Shown here: positions 1-13,315 of the stretch, in pieces
Position numbering within the stretch: position 1 is the first letter of the stretch
How the letters are laid out: every line of letters starts with the position of its first letter
DNA from: Sphaerodactylus townsendi
Taxonomy: Eukaryota
DNA: 64,000 nt
NCBI RefSeq assembly: GCF_021028975.2
Contig: NC_059430.1
Span: 95,480,001 to 95,544,000, forward strand
Reading direction: 5' to 3'
Program-made: the position numbers and the translations under genes
Notes under the pieces: generated by a model
The model's database searches: none
Told to the model about the DNA's origin: nothing
What the model saw: the letters and a program-made list of their open reading frames with translations, nothing else

Positions 1-106
1 AAGCTCCCGACAAAGTGTGACATTGGAATGCAAAATGTGTGGCTGGTTCCTTTCCAAACAGCACCTCCTTTACTGATCATTTATTTTGTTTGTTTTCTTA
101 CCTTAG

Positions 107-256
<150 letters not shown>

Positions 257-859
257 TAGGGGAGCCCAGAGCACTTGTTTCAATTGGTCGGTGGAACAAA
301 GGGCCAAACTACATTTTCTTTGCATCCTCCCCAGGTTTGCCGCGAGAACTTTTGATCATACATGCGCTGGAGGCAGTTTCTTGTGGGGAGGAGGAGGTTC
401 CACCTGCATTTTGCTCACTGGAGTGGTTGATTCAATATTATACTGGTCTAATATCAAATTGACCCTACAGAGAGCAAAACACATGGACCCATTATACTTG
501 GAACACTTACCTTGGAGCTCTTAGCTGTGCAGTGAGGCTCCAGTGTGGTCTCCTCGCATTTATCTGTCTACACACGAGGAATCATTCACTGCCTGCCCTG
601 TAGCTCCTTGCTAAAGTCTCAGTGGGGTATAATGCCGTAGAATCTGCCCTCCAAAGCAGCCATTTTCTCCAGGGAAAGTAATCTATGTAGTCTGGAGATC
701 TGTTGAATTTCTGGGAGATTTCCAGCCCCCCCTGGAGGTTGGCAACCCTAAGTGCATTAGAGGAAGCTAAATACACACAATAAAATCCAGTTTGTTTTAT
801 AAAAGCATCCTTTCCCTGACCTTGAATCACAGACAACCTCCCACTTCCTCATCTGAGCC

Positions 860-1251
860 CAGAGGTGGGATCCAGCAGGTTCTCACAGGTTCCCGAGAGT
901 AGGTTACTAATTATCTGTGTGTGCCGAGAGGGGGTTACTAATTGGTGATTTTGCCACGTGATTTTTGCCTTAGTTACGCCCCTCGTCTCAGCAGTAGTGC
1001 GCAGAACTTGAAGCAGTCTAGCAGGAGGTGCACCGGCGTGCGTGGGTGCCTGCGCCTGCATGCATTCGTTTCCCGCCCAAGGACCGGCGCAGCGGCTGCG
1101 TTCTTGCCACAGCCCTGCCCAGGAATGCCCCACCCCTGGAATGCCCGGCCACACCCCCGTCATGCCCCGCCCAGCCCCATTGGCACTACGCCACAGTTTG
1201 AATACCACCACCATGGGAACCTGTTACTAAACTTTTTGGATCCCACCACTG
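860..1251. mobile_element. hAT-type MITE
   Basis: TIR CAGAGGTGGGATCCA / TGGATCCCACCACTG; 8-bp TSD TCTGAGCC; partial second copy from 61619. Confidence 0.85.
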
Positions 1252-1348
1252 TCTGAGCCCCTTTCTGGAAAGTACAATAAACTAGCATATCTGGTGACTC
1301 CGCGTTCAATTATGTTGTGTGTTGATGCAGCACTGTTTGTTCTTCCAG

Positions 1349-1408
1349 ATTTTGATAAGCTCAAAGCAGAGGCTGATGCCAAGAAGAGAGAATGGAAAAG
1401 GAAGCATG
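1349..1408 (+). CDS. MYOM3: Myomesin-3 coding exon (helical linker)
   Basis: ccag|AT...CATG|gtaaga; DFDKLKAEADAKKREWKRKH; phase 1/1. Confidence 0.88.
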
Positions 1409-3004
1409 GTAAGATCATCTTCAGGCCAGCGGCTCTGCCCAGCCTGCATTAGCTGTGCTCACGGTCAGAGGGATCATCTGCCCATAAAGGATATTAAGCA
1501 TCTAATGGAAGGATGGGGGAGGGGAAGCACAGGTGTGACAAAGAACAGTGGTTAAAATTGTGGCCAAGGTGGAAGGTGTGTGTGTGCAGGGGCGCTGGGT
1601 GTAAAATAGAAAAGGGGTTTTAAAGCTTGATGTGCTTGATAAAGGGTCCTAAAATTGTTTTAGGAAGACTGTGCAGAATTCTACGCGCACGTTGGTATTG
1701 GTATTATGCCACCTTGTAGGGAAGTGAACCATGAATCTCTTGCAGCTTCAGGGATGGTCTTCTGTTGATAGGATAACAAAGTACAAAGGAAACTACTTCA
1801 ATATGTCAGGCAGACATCAGAAAAGTTGCATCTACTAAAATCCTCTCTTCTGCGCAGACATTAACCTTGTTTCCTTTGTATCCTTTCTGATGCATTCTCG
1901 TGCAGTAGCTGTGTTAGTCTATTGCAGCAAAATAAAACAGAAGCCCACTGGCGCCTTAAAGACTAACACTGCTTCTTCCAGGGTCGACTTTCTACACCTA
2001 TCCACACACCCATAGCGGAACTGTTTCAGTTTTGCCCCACACTCTGGGCTTTTTTCAGGCAACAAAAGAGCTTGCCACTCTTTGATGTGCCTATGATGGA
2101 CCATGCCGTGACTTATCTGACAAGTCAAGTCAAGTAAATTTATTTATATATGGCCATAGGCTTTTAAAAACATAGTCAACAAATATAACACTTTATAATA
2201 TGGATATAAACATTATGAGGCTGATTCTGCACAGGCAACTCTAATGGGTTAAGTGAACCCATATTGCCTGTGCCACCGTTTGCACAGTGGGTGTGGGGGC
2301 CATCCTGGATTGCTGGGATCCCGGTGGCAGGAGGCAGCACGGTTCACACATGTTCCCTGAAAATCGTGCACCTGAGAATCCCCTTCACCTGAGAATCCCC
2401 CTCACCCGAGAAATCCCACTTACTCACTTACTGGCACAACGTGGCGGCCGCCTAGAGAAGCCACTCTAATAGCAGCTGCCTGGGGAATCCACTATAATGG
2501 TGGACGGAAGGAGGGGAATAGAACACTACCTGCTTGCCGTAGTTCACACGGGAAATCAGGAAGTGGCTAAAACTCAGCTTAAAGGAAAACAAGTTGCTAA
2601 TTTAGGCCGATTCCCCACTCACCTTTTGTTGCGTGCTACTCGCTGCAAGTAGCACGGGGTCCAGCCGCACTCCCCACTACAGCAGCGGTGACAACGCAGC
2701 TGCTCCAATTCTGCCGCTCTCCTACCCACTCAGTGCGTGTCATTTCTGTTTTTGTTCGGAACAGCGCCTTTTGGAAAAACCCGCGCGGAGCACGGGGCAG
2801 TGGGGAAGCCCGGGGGTGACTCTGGGTTTCAATTTTCCTGCCGCTTAGTGACGTGGACCCTCCCATCCAATCAGGCCATGGCGGGGTGTGCGCGATGCGC
2901 ACGCAGCAGATTATTAATTTTTTAACACGTAGTTTTGAGCACCAATGGGCATAGACACAGAGCCCTTTGGGGGTGGGCGGTTTATAAATTTGATAGATAG
3001 ATAA

Positions 3005-3076
3005 ATACATACATACATACATACATACATACATACATACATACATACATACATACATACATACATACATACATAC
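3005..3076. repeat. (ATAC)n microsatellite
   Basis: Direct tandem tetranucleotide run. Confidence 0.95.
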
Positions 3077-4274
3077 ACGTGGAGACATTGTTTTGTCCTT
3101 TTGAAAAAAAATTCCCGCCCCAGCACAATGCAGCAGCCAATCTGGACACCCCCTGAGTGGATCGTGGGGAGTCCTGCCTGGCTGCTGCGTGGCTGCCACG
3201 TTCATTGGACCAAGGGGCAGAAGCTGCAGTGGGGAACATGACCCCGCGCTCAAAAGGTCCTGGAACAAACTAAACCGGTGCGTATCGACCACCATCTTAG
3301 AAGTGGGGAAACTACCTCTGTGACTTTCATTTAACTCAGGTTCAGCCAAATATAACAGGTCAGAAGTGTTTGGGGGCAAGTTCTGTGGGAAAGCTTTTTT
3401 CACACCCCTGAATCTGTTATTTTTGTCTTGTGCGGAATCACCCTCAGATAACATTTACAATACCACAAAAAGCTTTAAAACAGTAAATATTAATCAGTCA
3501 AACCAACATATCAATCAATAAAATCAATTTTGGACAGCCACTCTCATAGAAACTACATTAGCCCTTATTTTCTTTGCTGCCGGGGCATACAATGACATTC
3601 TATATAAAATCATCAGAATCTGGTAGTAGGAATATTATTTTCTCAGTATCAGAATGAAAATTTAAACCAGATAACATTCCAGCAAGAATTTTAGCTCTGG
3701 GTTGCAATTAAAGTACACATATAGTGGGGTAAATCCTCCAGGGCTAGCATATTTCAAATATAAACCCCTGGTCCTTTGGTATTTGACTATAGTGCTGTTG
3801 GGATTGTTTTGAAATGCAAGGACATGAAAGCTGATCTGAAGTTATGATTTGACTGGCACTAAAGCCCATTTTAAAGTAAAATAAAATGGACTCAAGAATG
3901 GGGGGAGGGAGGGGGGAGGACCCCGCTCCTCTTCCCTCTTCCCTCCAGAAGAGCAGCCCATATTGTTTGGGGCGAGGAAGGCTCCTGGGTTGGGGGAAGG
4001 TGGCTGGGGACGGAATGGAATGTCGTGAGTCCTGCACACCCATTGGCTGGATGGTTTGTTGTCGGACATTCCATCCCTTAGGCAATTATGTATAAGGATA
4101 TCCTAACTAAGCCATTGCTAGACAGAATAGACAAGACAAACCTTGATAGACCAGGAGTCTGACTCAGTAGAAAAGTTTTATGAGATGTGTGGCTATAATG
4201 TGCCGCCAGGTGGCACTGTTACCAGCAAAGTCATATACAGGTGACCAAGACCCAGTCTTTTTGCCCCTGAACAG

Positions 4275-4342
4275 GTCCGCATTTTATTGAACAACTGCAT
4301 TGGAAGGTCACGCCAGAATGTGAAGTCCTGCTGACTTGCAAG
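4275..4342 (+). CDS. MYOM3: Myomesin-3 coding exon
   Basis: acag|GT...AAG|gtaaag; GPHFIEQLHWKVTPECEVLLTCK, typical myomesin sequence. Confidence 0.9.
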
Positions 4343-4596
4343 GTAAAGAGTTTACTCTCAACACACTGGCTTGTTTATAAAAAATGACAAGAAAATGGAG
4401 ACAAATAATACCAGCAGTTAATAAACCTTAAATATTTTGTAAAGCAAACATGCCTTGCCTTCCAAGTTATGCCAGCTCCCAACTGGGGCTAGGAATAGAT
4501 GCTGCCCTATGTGAAAAATGAGCAGGGCAGTTGCTTTGTTTCCCTGTTGTCTGTCTTCTACTAAATTCCCCCCACCCTATCATTTGCTTTTCAAAG

Positions 4597-4707
4597 GCAG
4601 CGAACATGAAAAAGGACAGCACCTTCAAGTGGTTCATGGACAACAAAGCCCGCACAGATGGCCAGTATGAACCAAAGACAGGTGATGGGATCCTTCGGAT
4701 TAAGAAG
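4597..4707 (+). CDS. MYOM3: Myomesin-3 coding exon
   Basis: aaag|GCA...AAG|gtattg; AANMKKDSTFKWFMDNKARTDGQYEPKTGDGILRIKK; 111 nt, phase 0/0. Confidence 0.88.
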
Positions 4708-4953
4708 GTATTGGCTCTCAAACAGGATGATAATGCATGTCTGAAGCTTTTCTGACCTTGGGTTGGACCAAGGATCTCTCTCTAGCTCAGTGTGGTCTAC
4801 CCTAAGGCTATAACCAAATGTAGATGAAAAAAGAAGTTGAAAAAAGGGAAAGAATGATTCAGATGAAGATTAACAGACTCATCTGTTTTCTTTTGATGCT
4901 CCCTTACTGGCCCTTCTTCTTGTTTATATGTTGATTTAATTGCTCTTTATATG

Positions 4954-5343
4954 TGTTAGGTTCTGCTACTCCGGCCATCAAACGAGACTCATGAAGGTTT
5001 CCAAGAGCTTTATTGGTACCATGTCAGACCGTAGGTCCAGATAGTCAAAACTGGGGTTTGGCTCACTAGCCCCAAGTATATATCTGTAGGTTACAGTTTG
5101 GATCAACCCATAATCCCCCACCCTCACATTCCCATAACATCAGAATGAGAAAGGACAGTGGGAAAGAAGCATTGTTTGGGGCAGACAGCTCACTCCCTCA
5201 GGAAGGCAGATAAGGAGGAGCAGTTAAGCACTACTGAACTAGTTACATGCATGGAGCAAGGAGAGGCCCCATGGCCTTGAGTGATGATAATAGTTGGACC
5301 ATCTGCAGCAGAATGGTAGATGTGCAAACTGCCAGGCCTGACA
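4954..5343 (-). mobile_element. Solo LTR (Gypsy/ERV-like, 390 bp) in a MYOM3 intron
   Basis: TGTTAGG...CCTGACA inverted termini; 5-bp TSD ATATG; AATAAA on the minus strand. Confidence 0.75.
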
Positions 5344-5384
5344 ATATGTGTGTATAATATGTATTTTAAAAGCTTATTTTAATG

Positions 5385-5909
5385 TATTGTCGAAGGCTTT
5401 CACGTCGAATTATGCTTATGCTGTGGTTTCAGACTAGCATTCTCCTGAGCGCTTTCAGATCAGGGTTGGTATCTTCAGAGGATCTGATGTTGGGAAAGCA
5501 AGCGGGAGTACAGGTTCCAGGGTGGGGGAAGTTCTGTTCGTGAGTAACAAAGGCGGCAACCAGGTCAATAGTTGAGGGCATCTGAATAGAAGTATGAGTA
5601 ACAATGAAGACTATAGCATGGGCGTAACACTGGAGATGACCTTGCTATCTCCAGTGTTACGCCCATGCTATAGTCTTCATTGTTACTCATACTTCTATTC
5701 AGATGCCCTCAACTATTGACCCGGTTGCCTTCTTTGTTACTCACAGACAAGGTTTCTCCACCCACCCTGGACACTCCAACATATATATACTCCACTTGCT
5801 TTCCCAACATCAGATCCTCTGAAGATGCCAGCCACAGATGCAGGTGAAACGTCAGGAGAGAATGCTGCTAGAACACGGCCATACAGCCCGGAAACCACAC
5901 AGCGCCCAA
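5385..5909. mobile_element. Penelope-like element remnant, palindromic, with hammerhead-like core
   Basis: 12-bp TSD CTTATTTTAATG; inverted arms centred near 5643; CCT-CTGAAGA-stem-GAAAC-GTC-AGG at 5816-5856. Confidence 0.75.
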
Positions 5910-6149
5910 CTTATTTTAATGGTTTGCATTGTTTGCCACCTTGGGATCCATGGGATGGAAAGGCAGCATTAAAATGTTCCTAATTGATTAAATTATTAAT
6001 TAAGCAGGGGGAGACCAAAGGGAGGTCAATAAGCTTTCTAGACAGAAACTCAGTAACAAATTAGCATAAAGCGATATTATAACTTGCCTCTGGCTAGTTT
6101 TCTTATTCCTGACTGTTGTCATTTTTGTTGGTGAAATGTTGTTGGCTAG

Positions 6150-6237
6150 ATTACCAAAGCAGACAAGGGAATATACAAAGCTGTGGTTTCTGATGATCGC
6201 GGACAAGATACCACCCAACTTGACCTTACAAAGGAAG
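6150..6237 (+). CDS. MYOM3: Myomesin-3 coding exon
   Basis: ctag|ATT...GAAG|gtaact; ITKADKGIYKAVVSDDRGQDTTQLDLTKE. Confidence 0.9.
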
Positions 6238-7348
6238 GTAACTGGACCAATTGACTAGGGTTACAAAGTCCTTGTGGCTGCCAGATGTGTTGCTACCAGA
6301 TGTTCATTTGGAGTTCCCAACTGCAAACTTAATTCCCAGCCATGGAAAGGCCCAGTTCAGATCAAGAGCACAGTATTTGGGAAGAAAGGACATAAGCCTT
6401 CCACCCATGCCATTTTTCTTAGCATGAAAAGGCCATGCAGTGCTGCCGTTGGGGTAATTTGTTTGAAGCCAACAGTACGACTGGGGCTTGTTGCTTGTGT
6501 TGAGCACCAGTTCCCTTGGCTGTATTTGAGTCAGTCACTCTTTCTTGGTATAACCTACCTTGCAGGATTGCAGTGAGAATCACAGCGGGAGGGCAGAACC
6601 ATATTCCCTGAGGAAGGGCAGGATAAAAAGATACATGTTGATTAAGGCAGCAGTGTACCCTTACACAATGGCACCCAGGGCTTACCCCAGACACCACATC
6701 CCCCCCTGCACCCACCCCCTGCCAAATTCCCCCCATGCCCCCTCGACCAAACTCCCCCTGTGCCCTAGCCGATCCCACAAAAAACAACAAACCTTTCCTC
6801 TGTCGCTTCAAGTGGCTCCTGGCTGGCAACCCACTGAGAGTGGAGGAAGTTTGGCGAGGGGTGGCGGAGGAGTAGGGGGAAGTTCAGCTGGGGCTGGGCA
6901 GGAGGGAGAGTGAAAGGGGGAGAGGACCAAAAGGTGCCCCCTATGTGATTCAGGAGAATGGTGCCTGAGTCATCTGCACCCTCTTCCCTCCCAGAGGGTG
7001 CAGATACGCCACTGTCTCCAGGAATTACAGCTCATCTTCAGAATACAGAGATCAGTTCCCATGGAGCAAATGGATACTTTGGAGGGTGGACTCTGGCATT
7101 GTGCCCCACTGAGGTTCCTGTCTGCCCCAGACTCTTCTCCCAAATTTCTAGGAGTTTCCCAGTCTGGATCTGGTATACCTACCCCACCCCCTGGTAACAC
7201 TAAATTATTGATAGATGTTTTTTCAATGAAAAAAATTTTTTTTTCAAGTTTACTAATTGACTATGTGATGTGGCTTTGGTTGTTTGCTGTCACTGTGTGC
7301 GTGATTGCTTATTACTCCTCAAGGATTTTTAAAAATTTTCTTTTGTAG

Positions 7349-7387
7349 CGTTTGATGACATCCTGAAGGAACTTGCCAGGATCAGTG
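7349..7387 (+). CDS. MYOM3: Myomesin-3 39-nt coding exon
   Basis: gtag|CG...GTG|gtaagt; AFDDILKELARIS; phase consistent on both sides. Confidence 0.88.
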
Positions 7388-7434
7388 GTAAGTCATTTTT
7401 ATTTTCTTAGCCTGGTGACAATAATACTGTATAA

Positions 7435-7722
<288 letters not shown>

Positions 7723-7759
7723 TAAGAGTGCATTGAGATGTTAATAAATCCTCTGGTAA

Positions 7760-7996
<237 letters not shown>

Positions 7997-8719
7997 TAGA
8001 GAGGAGTCTGTGACTTCTTATTCAAGTCGATTCTCTTCCCAGAACCAGCACAAAAGAGAACCTTCCTCTCTCTTGTGCTCAAAAAATGGCTGCCATGTCT
8101 CCTCAGTACAGTGTGTGAATAGGAACTGTGGGCATACCCCCCAGGGAGAGAAACAATTGTGGGATATTCCTACATGTTATTTTATTTAAATTGTATGTGC
8201 ATTTTTAATTGCCCTTTTCCTGATACTGGACTGATAAGCCAAGTAACCCAACAGGGTCCACAAAAGGAATGCATAAGGTGGGGCCACATCAAAAGCGGTG
8301 AAATGGGAAACTGAAGTGTTCAGTGACCCATATGTTCTACAAGGAGGAAACTAATTCTGTGGAACGTTAGCCAAAGGAAGTTGAAATCTAGGGCACAGCC
8401 ATTTTGAAATCATTTGTATTTTTGAACACATAGGCCCTTTCCGCATATGCAGAATAATGCACTTTCAATCCACTTTCAATGCACTTTGCAGCTGGATTTT
8501 ATTGTGTGGAATAGCAAAATCCACTTGCAAACAATTGTGAAAGTGGATTGAAAGTGAATTATTCTGCATTTGCAGGCCATAGTTTTACTCTTCAGTCTTC
8601 TGTAGCATTGTTTTATAAAATTTCACTGCAGCAAATATATCCCTGCAAATATGCAAATATGATATCCCTGCGCCACAGCAAATATGGAGCAAATATGCAG
8701 CAAATATGATATCCCTGCG

Positions 8720-9507
8720 CCACATGAAGCGGGTGCTTAGACGACAAGAGCGAGAGTGGAGGAAATCTTGTGACGGAGCTGCGCGAGCATCTTATAGGAC
8801 GTTTATGAAGGCCTATGAGATGGCGACGAAGGAGGCGAAGAGAGCTTTCTTCTCCTCCTCTCTCGCATCTGCTAGGTCTCGCCCGGCACAATTGTTTCGT
8901 ATAATTCGGTCTTTAACCTCCTTATCGGAAGGTTCTATAAATCATCAATTGACTATTAGCTGTGAGGCATTCATGAGCTTTTTTGCAGATAAAGTCACAT
9001 TTCTCCGCCAGGACCTTCCCGCCACGTTGACTACAATTAGCGAACTGGAGCTCCATTGCCATTTTCTGGCCCTTGTTTGGCCCAGTTTTCCCTGCTCTCT
9101 GAAACCGCTGCTGACAGGGCCTTGGCTGCTGTTAGACCTACTACCTGTCCTCTGGATCCGTGCCCCTCCTGGCTTATTAAAACTTCAGGGAGGAGCTACG
9201 ACCCCACTTGTTGAAGATCATCAATGATTCTCTTGAGCAAGGAGTCTTTCCGGGTGGGTTGAAGGAGGCAGTGGTCTGCCCACTCCTAAAAAGACCATCG
9301 TTAGATCTAGGAGATCTGGCCAATTACCGCCCCGTTTCAAATCTTTCATTCCTGGGGAAGGTAAATGAGAGAGTGGTGTTGGAGCAGCTTCAGGGTTTCC
9401 TGGATGACACATCGGCCTTCGATCCCTTCCAGTCCGGCTTCCGTGCTGGGCATGGGACGGAGACTGTTCTCGTCGCTGTCACAGACACGCTCCGTATGCA
9501 GCTTGAT
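8720..9507 (+). mobile_element. L2-clade LINE internal ORF2 fragment
   Basis: [15 protein letters not shown]...[14 protein letters not shown]...[13 protein letters not shown] reverse-transcriptase N-terminal motifs, frameshifted, no 3' tail. Confidence 0.85.
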
Positions 9508-9716
9508 TACTCCGTATGCAGTATTATTGCAGTATTATATATTATTTTATATGAATGAAGATCCTATTATAAGGGGTCCAAAAACAGACTGAGCCGGGTT
9601 TGGACCCCTTATAATAATTGTTGTGTTCATATTTTCAGTTGTTGTGTTCATATATTGACAGTAGAGAAAGTCATGGCTCATTCATTGCAAAATCTGTCTT
9701 CAATTTTGTTTCCTAG

Positions 9717-9753
9717 CTTTCGACGATGCGCTGGCTGAACATCAAAGGCTCAA
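9717..9753 (+). CDS. MYOM3: Myomesin-3 37-nt coding exon
   Basis: ctag|CT...CAA|gtgagt; AFDDALAEHQRLK. Confidence 0.88.
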
Positions 9754-10913
9754 GTGAGTTTTCTGCTCCCACAAGCTTTCCTTTTCAACACAATCAAATT
9801 TCCACGTGGCATTTGACTGGGGGTCTAAGCAGGGCTCATCAGAACTTGGGTGCTAAGAAGGGTCGACCTCAGTTAAGACTCTGATGGGAAACCACCAAGG
9901 AAGGCTAGGGTTATTATGAAGCAAATGGAAGTGGCATCTCCGTTCCTCTTGCCAGGAATGCCCCAAGGATGGGGTCACCCTGAGTCAGTTGCAACTCGAT
10001 GGCACATTCTTCGTCTTCTTTACAGTGTCAGAAAACACTTCTCTTGTGGACTTTACCATCTGTTCTTTCTGAGCATGTTCTACTCGTCTGGGCACCCTCA
10101 GTAAGAACTGTGAATGGTTCTGCTGCCCTAATGTTCTTATTGGCAGAATTTGCATCTTGAGACAAGAAATGGCTATGCTAGAAAAGTGATTTCTGAGATT
10201 ACGTTGGCCGACCTCTTGAGTGTTATATCGGGGCAGCAGACTTTTCATGGGGTGAAGACTGTTTGGAAGGAAGGAGGCGAAGGAAGCACATGTAGTCTGC
10301 AGAGCCAGCATGGGGGAATGATTCATATGTTAGAATAGGATCTGGCATATCTTTGTTCAAATCCTCATTCTGCTATGAAGCTCACTGAGTGACCTTGGGC
10401 CAGTCGCTCTCTCTAGAACACATGAATGCATGAAGCATCTTTATACTAAATCATATCGTGGTGCTTTGGGTCCCCACTGGGGATAAAGGCTGGATGTATA
10501 GACAAAGTGAATAAAGGTCTATTCTGCTTCATCAGACACACAGATTCTGGGAGATCAGCTCAGAATAGCTCAAGACATTGCAGGAATTACCTGCAGGTCC
10601 TTTTGAAAGAGCAGCTTATTTATTGATTATGTTATTTATTTATGATTGATCAATGTATGTTATTTATTTTCTTGCTGGGGCTCAGGGTGGATTACACAGA
10701 ACAAATCAATACAATCAAGGTGGGACATCCAATTGACAGTGCAATAGGACTTGACTTAAGAAAGTAGAACTAGGTTTTTGTATGGGTTAAATAGGGTAAC
10801 CCCATGGAAAAGGAGGACAGGGATTCAGAACTGTAGCTGTGGCAATGGCTTTTAGATTTGCATTTAGATTTGCATTGAAAACCTCGCTAAAGTTGTTGAT
10901 GTTTCATTTTCAG

Positions 10914-10936
10914 GCAAGCAGCGGTTGTGGAAGAAC
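10914..10936 (+). CDS. MYOM3: Myomesin-3 23-nt micro-exon
   Basis: ttttcag|GCAAGCAGCGGTTGTGGAAGAAC|gtgagt; QAAVVEE; needed to bridge the phase-2 end of the previous exon and the phase-1 start of the next. Confidence 0.82.
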
Positions 10937-11605
10937 GTGAGTATATGACTGTGCACATCTTTTGATCCTAGTCTCATTTTTATTGATCATCATATATGAA
11001 ATAGGGATGGGTAAAAAAAAACTTTATGGATGAGGCACCCGCCACTAAGGTGCCAATTTTTGCAAATACCGGAGACCCCTTGGATTTGCAGGATTTTTTT
11101 TCAATTCGGAGGCCCTGAAAGGGGCTAAGGATGATTTTTTGTACCTGGGCAGGCATCACGACAAAAAGATGTATTAAAAATGGTGTCAATATGCTTCCAA
11201 CAAGGGGTGAGGAGATGAGGAAACTGGAAGAAGAGGAAAGAGGAAGGGAAAGTAGTACCTAGTGAGGGAAGGGAATGAAGCAGAACAGGATTGGAAGGAG
11301 GGAGGAACAGAATGGATGCAACAGCATGGGTGAAGGCTGCCAAAGAATAGTTGGGGGGTGGGGGAGCAGAAGCCGGAGCAAGTGCAGGGCAGAAGCAGGT
11401 GCAAGATCAGAAGATCTTAGCGGGGGAGGGAAAGTGGATGCAGTGCAAGATGGCTGGCTGGTGGGCAATGGGATTTCCACTCCCCTTTGTGGGTGTCCCC
11501 CCCTTTCATATGTATATGTGAACTAAGATGAACTACTTATTTGGGAGCCAGAAGGCAGTATAAAGCCAGAAATAACAACACCTGCATTCTCTCTCCTTCC
11601 ATCAG

Positions 11606-11661
11606 TCCGAGCCAAAGTTGTTCGGGGCCTTCCAGATGTGGCCACCATCATGGAGACTAAG
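11606..11661 (+). CDS. MYOM3: Myomesin-3 penultimate coding exon
   Basis: tcag|TC...AAG|gtaaca; RAKVVRGLPDVATIMETK, a myomesin signature. Confidence 0.92.
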
Positions 11662-13033
11662 GTAACATTCCTGTAACTGGTGGGATAATTCTTGAACAGA
11701 TAATGGGATGGCACAGACTCATTCTGGGAGTGCTAAGCTGCATAGCAGAGGCCTTAACTACTTACAGTCCTGTGGATCAGAATATTTCCCCTCTCCCCTC
11801 CTATGCCCCGTTGCATCTTAGGAGAAACAAGACTTTAAATGTCTATTTCACATTTTACATTTATCCGCATGCATTTGAGAGATAGAATAACAATGAGATA
11901 AGTGGTAGGTAAGAGGAACTACATACATCGTACTTATTTTTATAATTCCACAGAGACAGCCCATATTTTATTGCAGTGATCTAAGCCTCCCCACCTCACC
12001 CATTCACACAGAATTCACCAGGAACAAGGTCTTAGTAAGATTTATGACATCATCCACCTGATCCACAGAACTGCCCGCCCCCTATGAGACAAATGCAGGA
12101 CTTCCAATGCAGGGATCATGGGGGTGGTGTTTACAGAGGAGATCTGGTGGTCCTTAACCACTGGGGTGTGTCCAACAATTCCTAGTATGGACCCTTCTTT
12201 CAGCCCAAACCTTTGTGGGCCAAAGAAAAACCCAATCCTCACATAACTATAAGATATACCCCACTGGAGTATATCTTTACTTTTGCCATTTGGTAGACCT
12301 TGCCTTCATATGTGTGTATGGTCACATCTGAAATGGGGTAGAGAAGGTTAGGAGACCACAATTTAAAGCATCAAAGAGGTGAGTGAGCTAGAAGTAGGGC
12401 TGCCATCTCTGCGTTGAGAAATTCCTAGAGATTTTGGGGGTGGAGCCCGGCAAGGATGGGGCTTAGGGATGGGAGGGACTTTAGCAGGGTATAATGCCAT
12501 AGAGACCAACATCCAAAGTAGCCATTTGCTCCAGGGAAACTGATCTCTGTCACCTGGAGACCAGAAGATCACCAGCTACCACCTGGAAGTTGGCAATCCT
12601 AACTAGAAGTCTCAGACTACCCTTTGTGGTTAGCCCTGCAATGTCTTCCAAAGCTCTAACCACACTCAAATATTAGCAGGGCAAAAGAATCAGGAAGAGG
12701 AACTGCTGAGGGAAAGCCCACTCCTACACCTTTACTTAGATATGATGGGGCAGTCATGCCTCCAAATCACCCAAATCCATCAATGTCACATTTGAGCCTG
12801 AAAAGGCATGAGGGGACCATGGGGATTGTAGTTTGAGGTGGGGTGGAGATGATACCCTTTCCAGATACCCTTTCCAGATTACAGTTCCCAGGATTCCTAA
12901 GGAAGCATGGCAGTGAAAGATAAAAACCAAGACAAGAATACAACCTAGACAAATATTTCCTTCTTTGTATTGGTTTTTCTCATTTCAAGTTTGAACATTT
13001 GCAACTAACACTAAGCATCTTTCTTTGTTTTGA

Positions 13034-13315
<282 letters not shown>

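Noticed and set aside
2636-3454. 272-aa minus-strand ORF with MYVC repeats
   Set aside because: Reads through an (ATAC)n microsatellite and MITE-like DNA within a MYOM3 intron; no protein-like domain
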